DNA from: Octopus sinensis
Lineage: Eukaryota
Assembly (NCBI RefSeq): GCF_006345805.1
Contig: NC_042998.1
Span: forward strand, 80,352,001 to 80,416,000
Length of the DNA stretch: 64,000 nucleotides
Reading direction: 5' to 3'
A program made the position numbers and the translations under genes. The number at the start of each line of letters is the position of its first letter. Position 1 is the first letter of the stretch. Positions 37,239 through 49,838 of this stretch are shown here, one piece after another. The notes beneath the pieces are model-generated. The model was given only the letters and a program-made list of their open reading frames with translations. It was not told where the DNA came from and did no database searches.

Positions 37239-37957
37239 TACATTATTTACATTCGCCGGATATTTGTCCTCATCTTGTTAACACAACGTTTCTTCAGGTG
37301 TTCTCATTCCTAAGGTATTTTTCAATGTTATTATTATTATTATTGGAATCGAACTTGGAATCTTGGGGTTAGTAGCCCATGCTTTTAACCACTACACCAT
37401 ATGCCCGTGGGCAATTATGGAGTGAATTTTAGGGCTTATAAATCTAATATTTTTCTATCCTTCCTTAATACCAGTTCCCATATGCTGCTCATATCTGCAC
37501 TCGGTCTGCTTAGGAGGTTGTTGTGTTCTATCTTAAGTGCTGCTTCTTTTAGTTTTCGTATTTTCCAGTGGTGTTCTCTGTCTATTATTTTAACTTCATC
37601 CCACAGGGGGAGGTGGTCTCCATTTTTCCATACATGATCAGCTATACCCGATTTATCAATATCTCCTCGTGTCACAGCTTTGCGATGTTTGTCTACCCTT
37701 ATTTTGAGGGGGCGGCATGTTTCACCTTTGTATAACCTACCACAACTGCAAGGGATGGAGTATATGCAGTCTTTGGTCATATTCTCTTCTATTGGTGGTT
37801 TTACTTGAAAGAGATATTTCTGAAGTGTTGTAATACTATTTCCCCAAGACACCTGAAGAAGGCTGGAGGATATATCAGCCAAAATGTTGTGTTAACAACA
37901 AACAAGATGAGGACAAATATCCGGTGAATGTAAATAATGTACATCATTCCTCATCTC
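37239..37957 (-). mobile_element. Penelope-like element remnant: GIY-YIG endonuclease C-terminus flanked by inverted terminal repeats
   Basis: ORF 37436..37882 contains CIYSIPCSCGRLYKGETCRPLKIRVDKH...SGIADH...RKLKEA. The sequence tacattatttacattcgccggatatttgtcctcatcttgtt (37239) is inverted at ~37900-37941. Confidence 0.9.
37848..37893 (+). ncRNA. Decayed minimal hammerhead ribozyme in the Penelope terminal repeat
   Basis: gacac-CTGAAGA-A-ggctg(10 nt)cagcc-AAAA-tgtt-gtgtt. The inverted partner at ~37280-37292 still reads GAAACGTTGTGTT on the minus strand. Confidence 0.65.
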
Positions 37958-38282
37958 GGCTCTCACGCATGCACATGCATGAGTGTTTATGAATGTCTCC
38001 GTCTTTCCCTCACTAGACAACCCATGTTGGTTTATTTATACCAAAAAAAAAAAAAAGTACCAGACTTTTAAATAAGTCTTATTTGTTCAGCTAAACCCTT
38101 GCCCCAGCTTCGGCACAGAACAATGACTGAAACAAGTAAAAGAGAAATACAGAATATGCCATTAATTAATTTCAAATCTGTATTTCTGAGAAGTTATTAC
38201 AAAAGTATGCACTATTCAGACTATTATTTAACTTCATTTGGTTTTTGTTTTTTTTTTTCAATATTTTTATTTCATTTACATA

Positions 38283-39140
38283 TCATTAATTCAAATGGAT
38301 GATTAGGAATACAAAAACTCATATAAAAATAAAACTAAAGAGATATTTATCAATGGATACTCATTATTGGCCAGAATATGTAATTCCTAATACTGAAGAA
38401 GTAAATAATCTTTGTCTGAACAGAATCAATAAATCACTTTCTTTTTCCTAACATATGCTGTAACATCTTAAAGATAGTCAGAAAGTGGTTGCTTTTGATG
38501 TTAGACAGTCGCTAATGATATTCAGATCCATTAATTTCCTAAGATGAAAATCTGTGCTCTGGAGATAGCAGAACAAGCCCCAATCAGGTTCTTAGTATTT
38601 GATCTGTTCACAAGGTTAATATCATGAAGTAATATATTTTTTTTTTTACTAAGAAGGCCTCACGGGAAGTAACAACAACAACAACACATATGAAGACTTC
38701 ATAGAATAAGGGACATTTATGCCTTTCCTTATGGCATCAGTGAAGTAAATGAGATTCACTAGGCTACCAATCAATACTAGGCCATGATCTCAGTTCAATA
38801 TAAGGCTGCTTACTTCTAATCTTGAGACTGATGCCATGTCCATAAAACCTATTTCTCTTTTGGTGATGTGCCCACTTATTTCATTTACAAGTCATTAATT
38901 CAAATGGAAGATTAGGAATCAAACAACTCTTACAAAAATACAACTAAGCTATATGTAAATTCCAAGAGCTGTAAATGTAAAAAGGTCTGTGATTACAAGA
39001 TTAGGAAAGTTCTCAATATAGTCTGATTGTTTTCCCATTGTTTTCCTAAGATGAAAATCTGTGCTCTGGAGATAGCAGAACAAGCTCCTATCAGGTTCTT
39101 AGTATTTGATCTGTTGACAATGTTAATATCATGGAGTAAT
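38283..39140. repeat. Diverged local duplication of unique intronic sequence (two blocks, each present twice)
   Basis: tcattaattcaaatgga.gattaggaat at 38283 and 38892; tttcctaagatgaaaatctgtgctctggagatagcagaacaagc...ttaatatcatg.agtaat at ~38536 and ~39042. Confidence 0.85.
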
Positions 39141-40639
39141 GTTTGTTTTTTGGTTTTTTTTTGCTGAGAAGGATATAATATTCCTTTGTTTTTGTTTACT
39201 GTCTTTGAGTAAATCTAACAATTATAGTTTCTTTCCAGAAGCTCTTTGAAATGGCAATGAATTCACCGTTGTTAGGAATAGTTTATGATTACCTTTATAT
39301 GCTATATTTTAACAGATATATTCACATACTAATTGTTGACCATTAATCAAACAAATTAAGATATGCCTTGAGCAACCTCTATGTGTCAAGATACCATATA
39401 AATCACTCTAAAGTATTTGAAGTCTTCTAGCTTAATATCTTTCCTAGTAGAATACTCTGAAGTATTTTAATTACTTCAGTAAGCAGGATTTTTTTCCCTG
39501 ACTTCATTATCCTTGAATGTTCCAGTCACTTTACATTTAAACTCCTCATGGTTGACTACTATTTACTGCAAGATTTTACCTGTATCTTTTTGTACCAGCT
39601 GATATATCTAAGTAATCACAGATATATCTAGATGTCCCAGGATAGTTATCATAAGGTAAAAACATATGCCTTATGCCTATTTTCTTTAATATGAACCTGA
39701 TTTCTTTCCTTTGTATGTTCCAGTTGCTTTATAATCAACCCCTCATGGTCAACAGGTTCTTAGGGTGATTTCATATGAACCTGTCCCTTTCCTTTCCATC
39801 TAAAGAAATAAATAGTGGCAAGAAACATTTAAGTGCCCTGAAAGTTTTCCTTTGTATGGATATTTTTGAAATTGACTCTTTCAGTTTATTTATCAAACCA
39901 CTTCGGGTCTGTAGTGTCATAACCTCACTAGAACTGGTGGCACAAAACAAAAAAACAACAACAACAAAAAAAGCAACCAGTACACATTGTAAAGGAGCTG
40001 GTATTAATCAGGACATTCAGCCATAGACACCATTCCAAAGCAAACACTGGAATACAGTGCAGTCCTTGAGCCCATCAGATCCTGGCACACTGTCCAATCC
40101 TTGGAGTATGGAAGTTAAATGATGATGATGATGATGATGATGATGATGGTCATTTCCACAATAAATTTAGTAGATCATTTTAGTTCAAACCAAATTTGTG
40201 TAAACTAAATAACTACAAACTACTATTATCACAGTGGTCAGGAAAAATGAGGAACTGATCTCTGAGGAAGAGGTATAAAAATACTGCAACTAGTCAGGTC
40301 ACACTCCTTTTCCTGATCAGAAAGTGAAAAGCATGTTGCCCAGACACAATATCTACTTTTTAATGTAAGGCTACAAATGTGTGAAAACCTACATTTTACA
40401 TCTTCCCTAACATTTCTACACTGTAGTTTAGAAGCTTCTATCAATTTGTGTGCATATGTATGTGTTGAGATGGGTGTTTGTAGGCATCATTGTGTAGATG
40501 CAGAGTTCACACTATAACCATGTGGTTTCGATATCCCTCCCTCACTTCACGATATCCAGGGCAAATGTCTTCAACTATAGTTCCAGGTTGACAATTGCAT
40601 TGTGTGTGGAGATAGTAACTGGAAATTGTATGGAAACCT

Positions 40640-40852
40640 GACATACATATATACACACACATATATATTTATATATATATATATACATATATATACATAT
40701 ATATATCCATATATATATATCCATATATATATACATACATATATACATATACATATACATATATATACATATATATATATACATACATACATATTTATAT
40801 ATACATACATACATATATATACATACATACATATATATACATATATATATAC

Positions 40853-40887
<35 letters not shown>

Positions 40888-41094
40888 CATATATACATAC
40901 ATATATATACATATATACATACATATATATACATATACATACATACATATATATACATATACATACATATATAAACATACATACATATACATACATATAC
41001 ATACATATATAAACATACATACATACACATACATATACATACATATATAAACATACATACATACACATACATATACATACATATATATATATAC

Positions 41095-41145
<51 letters not shown>

Positions 41146-41215
41146 CACATATATATACATACATATATATATACATATATATACATACATATATATATAC
41201 ATATATATACATACA

Positions 41216-41255
<40 letters not shown>

Positions 41256-41437
41256 CATATATATACATACATATATATATACATATATATACATACATAT
41301 ATATATATACATATATATACATACATATATATATATACATATATATACATACATATATATATACATATATATACATACATATATATATACATATATATAC
41401 ATACATATATATATACATATATATACATACATACATA
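40640..41437. repeat. ~800-bp compound (AT)n/(ACAT)n microsatellite
   Basis: Seen directly; it produces the spurious Y/I/M/V/C ORFs at 40571-41465. Confidence 0.98.
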
Positions 41438-42486
41438 CACTCACACTATGCCATATGTATATCATACATGTGTGTTTGTGCTCTAATGTTGATGCTCCAT
41501 GACTTTGCTGGTCACTGCCTGAGTGAAACAGTTTTGTAATGGTTTACATTCTTTGTTGACATTACCAACTGTGCTTTCAAATGCCAGTGGAATATACAGA
41601 AATCCCTTAAAGGTTGACAGCAGGAGGGGCATCTGAATATAAAATGCAGCCTCAAAATATCTTTGTCCAACCCATGTTGTCATTGGAAAACAGACACATA
41701 TTAAACAAATGAACATCTGTCATCATTATCATTATTTTAATGTCCACTTTTCAATGTTTGTATGGGTCAGCCAGAATTCTTTCAGATACATTTTCTAAGG
41801 CCAGTTGCCCTTCCTGCCGCCAACCTTCACCTGTTTCCAAGCAATTCCTTGTGGCCAGGCATGTTTACACAGTCATTGCAAACAAATATCTCCACTTAAA
41901 TGACAGTGACACTCATTTACAACTGTCAGATGATGTCAAAACAAGGAGACACAAGAACACACACGCACACACACAGACTTCTTTCAGTTTCCAGCTACCA
42001 AATTCATTTACAAGGCTTTGATCACCTTGCAGCTATAACAGAAGACATTTACCCAAGGTGAACCCAAAAGCATGAAGTTGGGAAATGAACTCCTTATCCA
42101 CATACCCATGTTCTGTACCTATACTTATATATGTATTATAGCCTATGACGTGTGTGTTTTATGTGTGTACTTATACGATAATTATAAGCACTGATGTATG
42201 TTTATTTTGTATCAGTACACACACATGTATGTCTGTATTAATGAACTAAGATTGTTCCCTCAGGCCTTTATTGCATCACAATATTTCAAAGATCTTATCT
42301 CCAACCGCAATCCCACAGATGCAGAATAAATAAAATATTCTCATCTGATCAATGCATATTTCCAAAGCCATTACATATATATATATTTATATATATATAT
42401 ATTTCAACCAGTTTCAGACGAAGGCCATTCTTTATTATCATCCATTATATAAGAGACAAAACAAAGGAAGGCTTGGTGCAACTTAC

Positions 42487-42609
42487 ATCAGATGCCATAG
42501 TGGAATTCCGATTATCTGCATGAATTACCTCATTAAACGTGGTATTCCTTTTTGTCTCTAAGGCAATCTTGTCACCCTCATCTTCATCATCAAGTGAATC
42601 TCCAGTGCT
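42487..42609 (-). CDS. PAWR: PAWR/Par-4-like gene, internal coding exon A (123 nt, phase 0->0): STGDSLDDEDEGDKIALETKRNTTFNEVIHADNRNSTMASD
   Basis: Minus-strand acceptor ttttaaattctcttttag|AGC and donor GAT|gtaagt; 41 open codons. The acidic stretch followed by T-x-x-N-T-x-x-N-E resembles vertebrate Par-4 'CLDEYEDDE...TQQNTIQNE' (compared from memory, not aligned). Not present in the ORF track in this frame. Confidence 0.85.
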
Positions 42610-42630
42610 CTAAAAGAGAATTTAAAAAAT

Positions 42631-42763
42631 GAATAATAATAATAATAATAACAACAATAATAATAATAACAATGATAATAATAACAATGATAATAATAAT
42701 AATAATAATAATATAATAATAATAACAACAATAATAATAATAACAATGATAATAATAACAATG

Positions 42764-42803
<40 letters not shown>
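42631..42803. repeat. (AAT)n trinucleotide microsatellite with AAC/GAT interruptions
   Basis: Seen directly; it ends about 20 nt from the acceptor of exon A. Confidence 0.98.
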
Positions 42804-42805
<2 letters not shown>

Positions 42806-43613
42806 GATTGATAAATAAAAAAATTTATATGCCAAATATAATTATCAAACATTTCATAAAGTGTATAAGCCATTTTTATTTTTTAATAATCATAATTAGA
42901 AATTAAAAAAGGCTCATGATTTAAAACATACTACTCTTAGTGTATTATAACCTTAAGCAAGGTATATTAACACTATGTGAGTTAGTGTGAACATGTAATG
43001 CATGAAGCATTAAAAATTTTTCACTAGAAATAAATATACAAAAAAGAGCTTTATCATTATTATCATTGTTTTAATATCTACTTTTCCAAGCCTACATAGG
43101 TCAGGCAAGAATACATCAAGTAGAGTTTTCTATAGTCAGATGCCCTTCCTGTTAGCAACCCGACCACTTGTTTCCAAGCGAGCTTACAATCTCCCAGTCT
43201 ATCAAACAACAAACAGCCCAGATATGGTTATGCAGAGAACTGAAAACTATTTGACAATATATGAACAAACCTTTTGCTTACAAAGATTGTGCAACATGTC
43301 AAGAAGCCTGGACATGCTTTTGCAGTGAACTGCAAGCAAAGAACACTCCGTGAGGCCATTGTTTGCAACCAGTAAACATACATGAAGACAGGGGAAATAG
43401 GAACTCACATACCCACCCACACACACATGTATATTAATGGCTTTTTTTCTTCAGTTTTCAGTAAATATTGGAGTCAGCTCCAAATATGTTTCAATCTTAT
43501 TCTCACCTCATCAGTGAAGCACAGATTTCACCATATCTGCTGAAGTAATGATGAAACACTCATTACATAAATGTACATGTGTTTATGTGGAGAAAAACTG
43601 AATTGTCTAAAAA

Positions 43614-43823
43614 TTAATTCTTTAACATTTAAGCCAGTTATATCCCAGCCCATATATTCTACTTGTTTTATGTTCAAACTGGCCGGATCTGGCCTTTCAC
43701 ACCTAACCTACAATGTCATTCTAAAAATAAACAATCACATCATTGAAATCTCAAAGCTATCATTCAAAATAATGTGAATTAAATAAGTATTACATTTGAA
43801 TAATCTGAACGCTAAAGAGTTAT
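43614..43823. mobile_element. piggyBac-type MITE copy
   Basis: Body (tgttcaaactggcc...acaatgtcattctaaaaataaacaatcacatcat) matches 26152-26379. Confidence 0.7.
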
Positions 43824-46800
43824 ATGCTTCATAGCAGCAAGTTTATTGCCATGAGGTTAAGAATTTTGCTTTGGAACCCTGTGGTTCCAGACTTAATCCC
43901 TTGCATGCACTTTGGTCAAATGTCTTTTAGTTTAGCTTATGTCTGACCAATATCTGCTCTGTGAAATTTGCTAGGCCGACAATATGCAGAAGCCTGTTGT
44001 ATATATATGTGTGTGTATGTGTTGCAACTGTACTTATGTCTGTGATGATGTTCACCAATATAAGCTGATGTACTGAGTTGCATTTCTTGTTCCTGTACGT
44101 TGAAAAACATAACTAAGCCATTCAGTAAATAGAAATCAATAAAGTAAGTACCAGGCTGAAACAAGTATTGGTGTTGATACGATTGACTAAAATCTCTGAA
44201 GGTTGTTCCCCAGCATGGCCAGAGTCCAATGACTGAAACTAGTAAAAAATAAAAAATAATAAAATAAACCAATTCAAAGATGTCTTTCATGTAAAAACAA
44301 CAGATTGGGGTTAGTATTGTTAAGATATGTTCAAACTGACCGGATGTGACCCTTCACACCAACCCTTCAATATCACTCTAAAAATAAACTGTTACCTCAT
44401 CAAGATCTCAAAGCTACAAAATAATGCATGATTAATTCAAAACAATGTGAATAAATAAGCATTACTTTTGACAGAATAATTTGAATGCCAAAGGGTTAAT
44501 ATAAAGAACATTAAAAGCCAAACTGGAACTAAATAAGCAGCAAGGGGGAAATGATGTTAACTGTACACATTTCACTTAGCTGAGTGCAGGCATTAATAGC
44601 TATCTATCACATCACAGGGGGACGAAGGTGCAAAATGTTTGAAATATTAATGAGAAACTGTAAGAGTCATAGCTAGATGTGACAACAGAATGCTGGGTTA
44701 CCAGACCATGTGTTAATAGTCTATATCTCATTATCAATGCTGTGTCATTGATGAAAACACTTAAACTCTAAATGTCCTAGTCCACTGAGCTGTAAGTAGA
44801 AGTGCAGTTTACTTCTGTAAACAAAGGGATCACTGTTTCAGGTGGTCAGCTGGCAGAATTTTTAGCACATTCAGCAAAATATTTAGTGGCATTTCTTCTT
44901 ACTATGCTCTGATTTCAAATTTTGCTTAGGTCAACTTTACTTTCATCCTTTCAGGGCCAATTAAATGAAGTACCAGACAAGTATTGGGGTCAATGTAATA
45001 GACTTGTCCCTCCCTGCTAAAACTGCTGGCCTTGCACCAAAATTTTGAAACAATTATATGGAAACTGTAGTCACCGCTATAAGAGTACTTGTAGTCACTA
45101 CATCAACAATGTGACAACAGTCACCATCATACTCATGGTTTATCTTTAGCTGGCAGCTATGTGGTAGGGAAAAGTAAACATGTTATAGCTAGTAACTACG
45201 TGAGGGAAATATGTATATGATTAGTCTGCTCTGAATGACAAATATTTAGATTATGACCAAGATATTAACTCGACAAAGGCTTTCATTTAAATCAAAGTTA
45301 GCACTAATAATCAGCTTCTAATTTATAGTCTTTTTTGCTAACCTCCTATTTCTATTAATTCTGCAGTTAATTTTTGCTAAATTTTACTGTGGCTGAACCA
45401 ATTATTCATTCTGATCTCAACCCAACTGAGAATGCTTCTGGCCCTATGATCAAAAATTAAGAATTTTAAAGAATTCATGTTTAAATTAAAATTTTGCAAC
45501 ATAATTTTAGGGGAAAAAATATCTAAGTTAAATATAGAAATATATGTAAAAGTTATAATGCAACAAAATTCTTAATTATTTTCCAAATTAGTATACGCAT
45601 AGTATATTTCATTAGAGATATCATCATAAAAGGGTTTCTAATGCAAAAGTTAATTACTTTATGTAACACCAACAAATTTTTTAATGTTTTCAAAATTAAT
45701 TGAAATGCACAGAGAGCATATTCATATGTTCACATAAAAGTTACAAATTAACCCTTGTTACCATATTTCTGTTGAAATATGGTAACTGCCTTTATATCAA
45801 TTGATTTAGAAAATAATAAAGAATTTAGTAAAATAATTTTGTGATTATTAACCTAGTGTTTGAAGCAAATTAACATGGAATGTTAATAAAAAGCTCTAAT
45901 TTAGATAACTTAAATCAGAAAGTTTATATCAGACAATCAAAGGTAGGCTCAGACAGGTTAGTTATCAAAAGGGTAAAACTTATAAATTGATCAGAATTTA
46001 TTTAAGACTTCGGAGCAAATGTGCAATTTAAAACAGTAGCTGACTCAGAAAGGTATGCCATGACATGAAAACAATTAATTAGTTGGTCAGTTGTTAGGTT
46101 TGAAGTAGAAAACATCAGCAGACATTTTCTAATAGAGTTCATACATAAGTCTAACAACACCAAGCAAGTTAATCACACACATCAAGACAATTTGTTCCAG
46201 AAAACAAAAAAATGCACATATTAAGGTATGTATTATTTCAGATGGTAAACTAAAACTATAGTAAACATTTTCTATACAATACCATTCAATGGAATTTTTT
46301 TGTTATTGTATTTCTATATATACAATAGAAAGTTTCTACAAAATAAACAAAAAACATGTAAATGGTGAAGAGGAGAAAAATATTTAATAAAAGATGATAA
46401 AATCATAATTTAAATGTTGTTTAAAGATATTTTTTTTTAAATTATCCAAATATTATCAATTCAAAAATAATTTCTGTATTACAAGAAGAATGGCAAACAA
46501 TATTTGTGTTCAGTTTTAAATCCATGTAAAACCATTGTTTTCTAAGTGTGAGAACTTTTTAAAAATAATTTATTGTGAAGGTTTGAAATGAGCAATTTTG
46601 AATGAATAAAAAGATCAGATGATTGTATTAATAAAAAATATAATGCAACAGTAAAACTACTAGAGTAGTTTTAATATGATTTATATGCTTTTGACGTCAT
46701 AAGCATTTAGGAACTTTGAGAATGTGAAATAATTCTTCTTTGGAATGATGAATCTCAAAGCGTATAAAATTAGTGTGAAAATATTGGGTTAAAAAAATGT

Positions 46801-47564
46801 TTACAAGAGATATAGGTTCTATGGGTAGCTTCAACCTTTTTTATACAAAGAGTTTTTAACCCATAATTTACACACTAATATCTATAGCTTTATCTTCTTC
46901 AAGAATCACCATGCTCAATATATATATATATATATAAAACCATCATTTTAGGTGCAGGTGTGGCAAGGAACTTGCTTCCCAACCGCATGGTTCCAGGCTC
47001 AGTCCCACTGTACAATACCTTGGGCAAGTGTCTTCTACTACAGCCTCAGGTAGCTCAAAGCCCTGTAAGTGGACTTGGTTGATGAAAACTGAAAGAAGCT
47101 TGTCATATATATGTGTGTGTGTGTATGTGTGTATGTGTGTGTGCGTGTCTTTGTGTCTGTTTGTCCCCCATCACTGCTTGGCACCCAGTGTTCGTGTGTT
47201 TACGTCCCCATAACTTAGTGCTTCAGCAAAAGAGACCAATAGAATTAGTAGGCTTTAAAATAAGTACTGAGAGTCAATTTGCTCAACTAAAACCTTTCAA
47301 GGTGGTGCTCCAGCATGGCCACAATCAAATGACTGAAACAAGTAAGAGAATAAAGGAATTTAACATCCACTTTCCCATGCTTTCACAGATATGGGATTTA
47401 ATGAGGCAGATTTTCTGCAGACTGATGCCCTTCTTGTCACCAACCCTCACCCCTTTCCAAACAAGGTATTATTTCCCCATGGCCAGATATATTTTCAGAG
47501 AAGATTGGAATCATTCCAGTAACTACTGTGCAACATGAAAACAAAGGAACCACAAACCCACCCA

Positions 47565-47601
<37 letters not shown>

Positions 47602-49408
47602 GCTTCTTTCAGTGTCTGCCAACCAAATCTAATATCAAAGCCTTGATGGGCCTGGGCTTGGGCAAAACACACTATATATAAGCATAAAAGTGTGTGTGCA
47701 TGCGCATAGTTAAAATATTCCCTTTGCAATCAAGAGATCCCAAGTTTAATCCCACTGTGCGACATCTTAAAAAAATGTCTTCTAACAGAGTTTCCAGTTG
47801 ATCTAAGCTTTGTGAGAAAAACAGTAAATGGAAACTATGCAGAAGACTGTCATATGAACTATACTTGTAATTTAAATGCCTACTTGAGGATAATTTTAAA
47901 AGCACATGTATTTGTGGGATACTCAACTGCTTAAAGTGCTAATACAACAAATAGGTTGTTCAGTTGATCAAACAACTGGAATAGTGATTCATGAAACTAA
48001 AGGGAGATGCATCTACTTATTACAGTATGTTTCTTGAGGGTAAATATATAAACAATGTTACAACCATATGTTTAATAAACATATTTTTAACCCCACTGTG
48101 GAAAATGACACCTTATTAAACCAGAGAGTCCCTCAGTAGCCAGGCTGAAAGATCAGATAAATTTGTTCTGCTTTCATCTAAGCCTCATTGGTATACACTT
48201 ATTTTCTCATAGTCAATGAGGAAATTTGATACTCCATACAGAAAATATAAACAAGCTCAGGGCAGATTTCATCATATTTACATATCAGAGTAAAGTTGGC
48301 CATGTGCAATAATTAAATGGGACACTGTAACAGCACACTTCAGATTTTATCTTAAATATGCCATGTTATTACTGTATTTAATATATATCATCACTATTTT
48401 AACACCCACTTTTCCATACTTGCATGGGTTGGACAGAATTTGATAAGCCAAACCTCATCTGTTTTCAAGTAAGGTAATGTCTGCCAATGACCAGACATGT
48501 TTTCATGGAAAATTGGAAACGAAGGCAATGACACACTTTTACAACTCCTATATAACATGATGTGAAGACAAGGAGACACCAATTCACACATGCGCGCACA
48601 CACACACACACACACAGATAAAATAGATAGATACACAACTGGCTCCTTTCAGTTTCTGTCTACCAAATCCACTCACAAGGATTTGGTCAGCCTAGGGCTA
48701 GAGTAGAACTTGCACAAGGTGCCATACAGTGGGACTAAACCTGAAACCATGTGATTGGGAAGCAAGCTTCTTAACCACGCAAGAATGATAGTAAAAACGG
48801 AAACTATAAATACATTAAATTATTCAGTAAATTGTTTCAGCAGTTATATGACATTATTACCTTGATAACCACTATCGGAAAGTACAATCTTAAATAAAGT
48901 TATGCATAAAAAAAAAAGTAAAACTGTGTGATTTTGTAGACTTCATTTCACCCATATATGCATATTTGATGTTGAGCACCTGCTAATACTTTGCATGTAT
49001 CACACCTTCATGTTGTTGATTTCATCTTGTGTTTGTTTTTGTCTTTTTATTTACTATATATATATATTTGTAAACTTGCATATTTTATTTGTGCATTGCA
49101 TTGTTAAGTTACATCATGTCACATTACTAAATAAACAGGCTACCATAAAGTCTGATAAACACATCAACTCTTATCGCATCAACTTGCAGTGCACGGCAGT
49201 GTCATCTCTTAAGAAACACCTTAAATAAAGTTGTATGGAAGACTAGTAGTTTGCCCATGCCACAATACATGAAGTTTCAGCTGGGTCCCTAAGTAAATCT
49301 TAGAGAGTATTATAGCTTTCTACACATAGCTAACACACAACTAAAACCTTCTTATATACTACAAATGCTATGTCACATAATCTCTGATATCTCTCATGGT
49401 AATCCCAC

Positions 49409-49633
49409 ATCATCATCATCATCATCATTTTAATGTCCACTTTTCCATGCTTGCAAGGGTTGGACTGAGATTATTGAGGCAGATTTTCTATGGTTGGATG
49501 CCCTTCCTGTTGGCAACTATTATTTGTTTCCAAGAAAGGTAATATTTCCTCATAGCCATACAGGTTTTTTCTGAATATTGGAAACAAATGACATTCATTA
49601 ATGACAATCACACAATCTCAAGACAAGGAGACA

Positions 49634-49669
<36 letters not shown>

Positions 49670-49832
49670 TACATTCATGAGGGCTTCTTTCAGGTCCTGT
49701 CAACTAATTCCATTCACAAAGCTTTGGTCAGCCTGGGGCTACAGTAGAAAACACTCAAGTTTCCACATACTGGGACTGAACCTGAAACCATGTAGTTAGG
49801 AAGTAAACTTCTTAACCACACAACCACAACTG
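49409..49832 (-). mobile_element. tRNA-head SINE with an RTE-like 3' tail ending in (GAT)n
   Basis: Head ...gtggttaagaagtttacttcc...ggttcagtcccagt; tail aggaagggcatccaacc.tagaaaatctgcctcaa...gcatggaaaagtggacattaaaatgatgatg. Similar copies at ~41720-42120, 48394-48780, 54738-55185 (minus) and 15210-15620, 16310-16650 (plus). Confidence 0.75.
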
Positions 49833-49838
49833 CATGTA

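Noticed and set aside
40571-41465. Long ORFs (213-296 aa) rich in Y/I/M/V/C
   Set aside because: They are translations of the (AT)n/(ACAT)n microsatellite, which lacks stop codons.
42558-42873. Poly-I/L/Y/N ORFs
   Set aside because: They are (AAT)n repeat translations. The real exon (42609-42487) is in a different frame and bounded by splice sites.
48861-48888. Possible 28-nt microexon (AAG|gtaata donor)
   Set aside because: The acceptor is a weak AAG, the length is not frame-preserving and there is no similarity to Par-4.
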